64,000 nucleotides of DNA from Oscillospiraceae bacterium (lineage in GTDB: Bacteria; Bacillota; Clostridia; Oscillospirales; Oscillospiraceae), in contig JAFZGL010000132.1 of NCBI GenBank assembly GCA_017555395.1, positions 7,406 through 71,405 of the forward strand. The letters run 5' to 3'. Position 1 is the stretch's first letter. Every line of letters starts with the position of its first letter. A program made the position numbers and the translations under genes. This document shows positions 59,465 to 64,000 of this stretch, piece by piece. The notes under the pieces are model-generated. The model had not been told where the DNA came from. It did no database searches and saw only the letters and a list, made by a program, of their open reading frames with translations.

Positions 59465-60346
59465 TTACACCTTTTCCTGGATCTGCTTGCCCAGCAGGCC
59501 GGCGGGCTTCACCAGCAGAATGATGATCAGAACGGAGAACACAATGGCGTCGCTGAACTGGGTGGAAATATAGGCCTTGGAGAAGGTCTCGATGATACCC
59601 AGCAGGATGCCGCCCAGCATGGCGCCGGGGATGGAGCCGATGCCGCCGAAGACCGCTGCCGTGAAAGCGCGGATACCAGGCATGGCGCCGGTGGTAGGCA
59701 TCAGCGTAGGAACGGTGGAGCACAGCAGCACACCGGCCACAGCCGCCAGAGCGGAGCCGATGGCGAAGGTAACGGAAATGGTCTGGTTCACGTTGATACC
59801 CATGAGCTGTGCAGCTGCCCGGTCTTCGGACACGGCGCGCATGGCCTTGCCCATCCGTGTGCGGCTGGTAAACAGCGTCAGACCCACCATGATGGCCACA
59901 CAGACCACGATGGTCACCAGCACTTCACCGGTGATGGTCAGGCCGCCGCCGAACAGGGTCAGCGCCTTCATGCTCACAATGGACTTAAAGTTCTTGGGTG
60001 CAGAGCCAAAGATCAGCTGGGCTGCATTCTGCAGGAAATAGCTGACACCGATGGCGGTGATCAGAACCGCCAGACTGGGAGTACCACGCAGGGGCTTATA
60101 GGCCAGGCCCTCGATGACAATGCCCAGCAGGGTACACACGGCCACAGCCACCAGAATGCTGACGATGGCAGGTAGCCCCAGATAGCTGGTGACGCAGTAA
60201 GATGCATAGGCACCCACCATGATAACGTCACCGTGCGCGAAGTTCAGCATCTTGGCAATGCCGTAAACCATGGTATAACCCAGAGCGATGATGGCATACA
60301 CGGCACCGATGCTGATACCGTTAATTAAATACTGAAGAAAACTCAC
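59465..60346 (-). CDS. livH: BCAA ABC transporter permease
   Basis: ALGYTMVYG..NFAHG and GGIGSIPGA; GTG start at 60346. Confidence 0.94.
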   Translation of the reverse strand: MSFLQYLINGISIGAVYAIIALGYTMVYGIAKMLNFAHGDVIMVGAYASYCVTSYLGLPAIVSILVAVAVCTLLGIVIEGLAYKPLRGTPSLAVLITAIGVSYFLQNAAQLIFGSAPKNFKSIVSMKALTLFGGGLTITGEVLVTIVVCVAIMVGLTLFTSRTRMGKAMRAVSEDRAAAQLMGINVNQTISVTFAIGSALAAVAGVLLCSTVPTLMPTTGAMPGIRAFTAAVFGGIGSIPGAMLGGILLGIIETFSKAYISTQFSDAIVFSVLIIILLVKPAGLLGKQIQEKV

Positions 60347-60488
60347 TGTTTTTCCCTCTCTTTCCAACAGTCTATGACAAAGACCTGCAGAAGTCTCTCT
60401 CATAGACCGCTGCATCCATACTGCACGGAAGCCGGACAGGGGGAATTTCCCCTGTCCAGCCGCCGAAAAACATATTCAGAACCGAAAA

Positions 60489-61658
60489 TTATTCCACACC
60501 GACATAGGTGCCGTTCTCAATGACAACGGCCATGGGGCTCTTGGAAACTTCACCGGTGGCAGCCCAGGTCATGCCCTTGCCGGTCAGGCCGTCAAAGGTC
60601 ATGGAGGTGAACTGCTCCACCATGATGGCATTGATCTCGGAAGCGCTCATGTCAGCGGTGACACCGCCCTTTTCGCAGGCCTGAGCGATGGCGTAGATAA
60701 CGTCGTAAGCGTCAGCGGCAAACTGGTTGGGAACGATGCCGGTCTTGTCCTGGTACTTGGCAACGAACATCTGGGTAGCCACGTCGGAGGAGTCAGCGGA
60801 GAAGGGAGTCAGCAGCATAACGCCCTCGGCCAGAGCGGGGTCAAAGCCTTCCACGGTCAGAACGCCGTCCAGGCCGTCGCAGCCGAAGAAGATGGGGCTG
60901 TAGTCGATGGTGTTGGCATAGGTCAGAACCTGTGCAGCCTCGGTGGCGTAGAAGGGCAGGAAGACCAGGTCGCAGCCTGCGTCCTTGCACTTGGTGACCT
61001 GAGTGGTCAGGTCAGCCTTGTTGTCAGCGGTGAATGCTTCCACACAGGCGATGTTCAGGCCGTTGGCCTCAGCCTGGGCTGCGAACTTCTCATAGATACC
61101 GGCAGAGTAGACATCGGAGGAGTCATAGATGACACCGATGGTGGTGCCCAGTTCACGGGAAGCCATGTAGTCAGCGGATGCGACACCCTGGTTGGGGTCG
61201 GTGAAGCAGATCTGGAAGATGTTGTCGCCGTACTCGATGACGGAAACACCGGATGCGGAGGGAGTCAGCATGAAGATCTGGTCGTTGGCGCACTCACCGG
61301 CAACAACATTGGAAGGTGCGGTGGTGACAGGGCCGGCCATGATCTGCATACCCCAGTCCTTCAGGGCATTGTAGGCGTTGGCAGCCTTTTCGGTGTCGTG
61401 CTCGTCGTCCTGGCAGTTCAGTGCGAACTGCAGGCCGCCCTTGGCATTGATCTCCTCAACGGCGATCTCCATACCTGCCTGAACAGCAGTGCCGTAAACA
61501 GCGGCGCCGCCGGTCAGAGGGCCACACATACCCAGCTTGATGGCGCCTGCAGCAGATTCCGCGGCGGGAGCTTCGGCAGCAGTCTCAGAGGAGGAGCAGC
61601 CTGCCATCAGACCCATGACCATCAGCATGGCCAGCATCAGAGCGATAAACTTTTTCAT
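60489..61658 (-). CDS. livJ: BCAA ABC transporter substrate-binding lipoprotein
   Basis: Lipobox MAGC; GPLTGGAAVYG, AVEEINAKGG and FQICFTDPNQG. Confidence 0.9.
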   Translation of the reverse strand: MKKFIALMLAMLMVMGLMAGCSSSETAAEAPAAESAAGAIKLGMCGPLTGGAAVYGTAVQAGMEIAVEEINAKGGLQFALNCQDDEHDTEKAANAYNALKDWGMQIMAGPVTTAPSNVVAGECANDQIFMLTPSASGVSVIEYGDNIFQICFTDPNQGVASADYMASRELGTTIGVIYDSSDVYSAGIYEKFAAQAEANGLNIACVEAFTADNKADLTTQVTKCKDAGCDLVFLPFYATEAAQVLTYANTIDYSPIFFGCDGLDGVLTVEGFDPALAEGVMLLTPFSADSSDVATQMFVAKYQDKTGIVPNQFAADAYDVIYAIAQACEKGGVTADMSASEINAIMVEQFTSMTFDGLTGKGMTWAATGEVSKSPMAVVIENGTYVGVE

Positions 61659-61692
61659 AAGATAAGTCTCCTTTTCATTTCCTTACAACTAT

Positions 61693-61725
61693 AAAAAAGC
61701 GGCTGCCTCTCATTGCAGCCGCTTC
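61693..61725 (-). terminator. Attenuator terminator upstream of livJ
   Basis: AAGCGGCTGC-AATGAGAG-GCAGCCGCTT-TTTT between the promoter and livJ. Confidence 0.85.
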
Positions 61726-61743
61726 TCCATACAAACAGAGCGG

Positions 61744-61902
61744 CTACGTTCCTGCCCGGCGAATTCGTACCACGGGAAGAACGCAAATGGACACTGCCAG
61801 TACATTGGCAGTGTCCAGAATATGATTCTCGCGCGCAGAGGAACCGGCCGCAGCACCGCTGCAGCTGAACGCAGTGTGATTCATGGAATACACGGCAGTC
61901 AT
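61744..61902 (-). CDS. Putative liv leader peptide (52 aa)
   Basis: RBS AAAGGAGG; 11 Ile/Leu/Val in residues 28-47; stop codon overlaps the antiterminator arm. Confidence 0.72.
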   Translation of the reverse strand: MTAVYSMNHTAFSCSGAAAGSSARENHILDTANVLAVSICVLPVVRIRRAGT

Positions 61903-61933
61903 GGCAAATTCCTCCTTTGTTGAATGTGTCCTT

Positions 61934-61962
61934 ATTGTATCTCTGAGAAGGACATTTGTCAA
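61934..61962 (-). promoter_or_regulatory. SigA promoter of the liv leader and operon
   Basis: TTGACA-17-TACAAT. Confidence 0.85.
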
Positions 61963-62029
61963 CGAATCAAATACCACAACTTCCGGCATTTCTTTTCTGT
62001 TTTTTTGTGCACAAGCCACAAAACCGATT

Positions 62030-63412
62030 TTATCCTGCCATTATCGCCTTGCATTCGGACAGAACCTTGTTCAGGATGGGAATACAGGTGGTAGCGCCGT
62101 AGCCGCCATTCTCCACCACGCAGACAAATGCCAGGGGATACTGGGGATCCGCAGCGAAGCCGGCGAAGAGGGCATTGGAGGTCTGTCCTCCGCCTACCTG
62201 GCTGGTACCGGATTTTCCGCAGACCTGAATGGAGGGGAATTTCCAGTCTCCGTAGATATCCTTGACGTTGCCCCGCAGATAGGTTTTCAGGGTGGCCGCG
62301 ATCTCTTCGGACATGATCCGGTCGGTCTTCTCCGTCTGCGCCCGGTAGGTAATATCCTCACCGCAGGTCACCTGGGATACGATGTAAGGACTTGCCGCCT
62401 GGCCGCCGCCGGCAATGGCGCCCATCAGGGTCATGAACCGTGCGGGATTCACCGTATCGGTATGCTGGCCGATGCAGCTCCAGGCAAAGGATGCCGCGCC
62501 GGCCCCGGTGATATCATAGTTGCCCCGGGCGGTGGTGATACCGTCAAATCTGACGCTGTCCGTCACCTGGAGCCGCTGCACAGCCTCCAGCATGGCATCT
62601 CTGCCCAGAACCTCCGCAATCTGCGCAAAGCAGCAGTTGCAGGAGTTGGCCAGAGCACCCTTCAGATTCAGCTTGCCGTGGACACTTTCACAGGTGACGG
62701 TGGCCACATTCTCGCCTTCGCCGTATTCCACCTTGCCGGTGCACTGGAAGGTCATGTCCTCGATGCCGGGAACAGACTCCAGCGCCGCGGCGGCAGTGAC
62801 CACTTTATAAATGGAGCCGGGGATGTAGGAGACCTGGGTGAACCGGTTTAAGTAAACACCTTCCCACGTTCCTGTGGTATCCCCTGCCACATCCGGCACC
62901 TCATTGGGGTCAAACGTGGGAGAGGTAACGGCGCAGAGAATCTCGCCGGTTTTATAGTTGTAGACCGCCACAGTGCCTTTCCGGCCGTTCAGGGCTTCCA
63001 GGGCCGCATTCTGCACCCGTGAGGAAATGGTCAGTTTTGTGGTGCCGGCAGTCTGCTCTGTATTGTAGATGCCGTTGATCCGGTCAAATCCCACCATGGC
63101 ACCGGCATAATGGGAAACCGCACCGGCGCTGATCTTACCCTCCCGGTCGCCCAGCCAGTGAAGGGTGGATTTGCGGGTGGCCTTATTGTCGGCATACTCC
63201 CGTTTGGAGCCCATATTCAGCAGCAGCGTGCCGCTTCGGTCTTCGATGGTGCCCACGCCCAGGTTGCGGTTGCTGTAGACATGGGGCGAACCCGGTGCGG
63301 AGACCCAGCTGTCTGCCTTCATCCAGTATTCACCAAGGAAGAACAGCATGCCGGTCATCAGCACCAGAATAAAAATGGCCATCAGCCAGGTTCGGTTGGT
63401 CACTCGGTTCAT
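62030..63412 (-). CDS. Class B penicillin-binding protein (PbpA-like)
   Basis: PGSIYK (SxxK), SCN (SxN) and KSGT; start reset to ATG 63412 overlapping the rodA stop. Confidence 0.92.
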   Translation of the reverse strand: MNRVTNRTWLMAIFILVLMTGMLFFLGEYWMKADSWVSAPGSPHVYSNRNLGVGTIEDRSGTLLLNMGSKREYADNKATRKSTLHWLGDREGKISAGAVSHYAGAMVGFDRINGIYNTEQTAGTTKLTISSRVQNAALEALNGRKGTVAVYNYKTGEILCAVTSPTFDPNEVPDVAGDTTGTWEGVYLNRFTQVSYIPGSIYKVVTAAAALESVPGIEDMTFQCTGKVEYGEGENVATVTCESVHGKLNLKGALANSCNCCFAQIAEVLGRDAMLEAVQRLQVTDSVRFDGITTARGNYDITGAGAASFAWSCIGQHTDTVNPARFMTLMGAIAGGGQAASPYIVSQVTCGEDITYRAQTEKTDRIMSEEIAATLKTYLRGNVKDIYGDWKFPSIQVCGKSGTSQVGGGQTSNALFAGFAADPQYPLAFVCVVENGGYGATTCIPILNKVLSECKAIMAG

Positions 63413-64000
63413 GCCTTCTTCCCTCCCTTCAGACGGACAGCAAAGCTGGCATTCTGCCGGGTATCCGAGGCCTTGACAAAGGCCAGCAGTCCCCAGGCAC
63501 CCATCATACTGGTGCCGCCGTTGCTGAGCAGCGGGAACGGAACGCCGGTGAAGGGCAGAATGTCCAGAGTTCCCAGACAGTTGAGAATGGTCTGCACCAC
63601 CAGCACACCGGCCGCTGTACAGGCACCGATGCAGTAGAATGCAGATCTTGCCATATAGGCGGTGCGGATGGCGAAAAAGCCGAAGACCACGATACATACC
63701 ACCGTGAGCACCGCCATGATCAGCCCCCATTCCTCAGAAATGGTGGCAAACACAATATCGGAATCCGCAGCAAACACATGCTGCAGCCGACCCCGTCCGG
63801 CTCCCAGGCCGAAGAAACCGCCGGAGGCCAGGCACATCAGCGCCTGACACTGCTGATAACCGGCATTGAAGGGATCCTCCCAGACATGGCGCCAGGTAGC
63901 AAACCGCTGCAGGGCATGGGGAGCGATCTTCAGCGCGATGACACCGGCGAAAATCAGGGCCGTCACCGCCAGAGCCACAGTGCCCACACTGCCGGAACGT
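63409..64000 (-). CDS. FtsW/RodA/SpoVE SEDS protein (5' part outside window)
   Basis: GYQ, GGFFGLG, SD..F....EEWG and LPFTGVPFPLLSNGGTS. Confidence 0.92.
   Translation of the reverse strand, partial: RSGSVGTVALAVTALIFAGVIALKIAPHALQRFATWRHVWEDPFNAGYQQCQALMCLASGGFFGLGAGRGRLQHVFAADSDIVFATISEEWGLIMAVLTVVCIVVFGFFAIRTAYMARSAFYCIGACTAAGVLVVQTILNCLGTLDILPFTGVPFPLLSNGGTSMMGAWGLLAFVKASDTRQNASFAVRLKGGKKA

Noticed and set aside
61760-61780. T-box-like CGTGGTACG in the liv leader
   Set aside because: It lacks the GGTGGnACC consensus context and a recognisable Stem I; the uORF model explains the structure better.

Overview
64 kb of chromosomal backbone from a spore-forming, fairly GC-rich Clostridia member. 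PolC, spoIIGA-sigE, a SPOCS/LysM coat protein and GlnRS point to this; an Oscillospiraceae-like gut or rumen organism is my inference. Contents in order: a truncated, domain-permuted GH3 glycosidase; a sugar-acid catabolic cluster (TctABC, two aldolases, two kinases, Fe-ADH, uxaC); assorted transport and hydrolase genes; feoAB; nrdG-dut; pncB; udp; the pyrH-frr-uppS-cdsA-dxr-rseP-ispG-polC operon; glnS; a divergent Rex paralogue; spoIIGA-sigE; a COG0523 metallochaperone pair; an LPXTG protein with its sortase; rarA; a liv ABC operon; and rodA-pbpA. I saw no rRNA, tRNA, CRISPR array, transposase or prophage. Best candidates for undescribed biology: (1) a complete leader-peptide transcription attenuator (promoter, Val/Ile/Leu-rich uORF, antiterminator over the stop codon, terminator) upstream of liv, where T-box or CodY control would be expected; (2) a signal-peptide-less, circularly permuted DUF11 protein whose Lys/Asp/Asn pattern suggests head-to-tail isopeptide-crosslinked fibres; (3) a dual KDG/KDGal Entner-Doudoroff cluster with an Fe-ADH but no dehydratase in the window; (4) a COG0523 GTPase with a 45-bp His/Cys tandem array; (5) a Rex paralogue with a non-canonical candidate operator; (6) an unannotated 49-aa membrane protein. 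All family calls are by motif recognition only; no searches were run.
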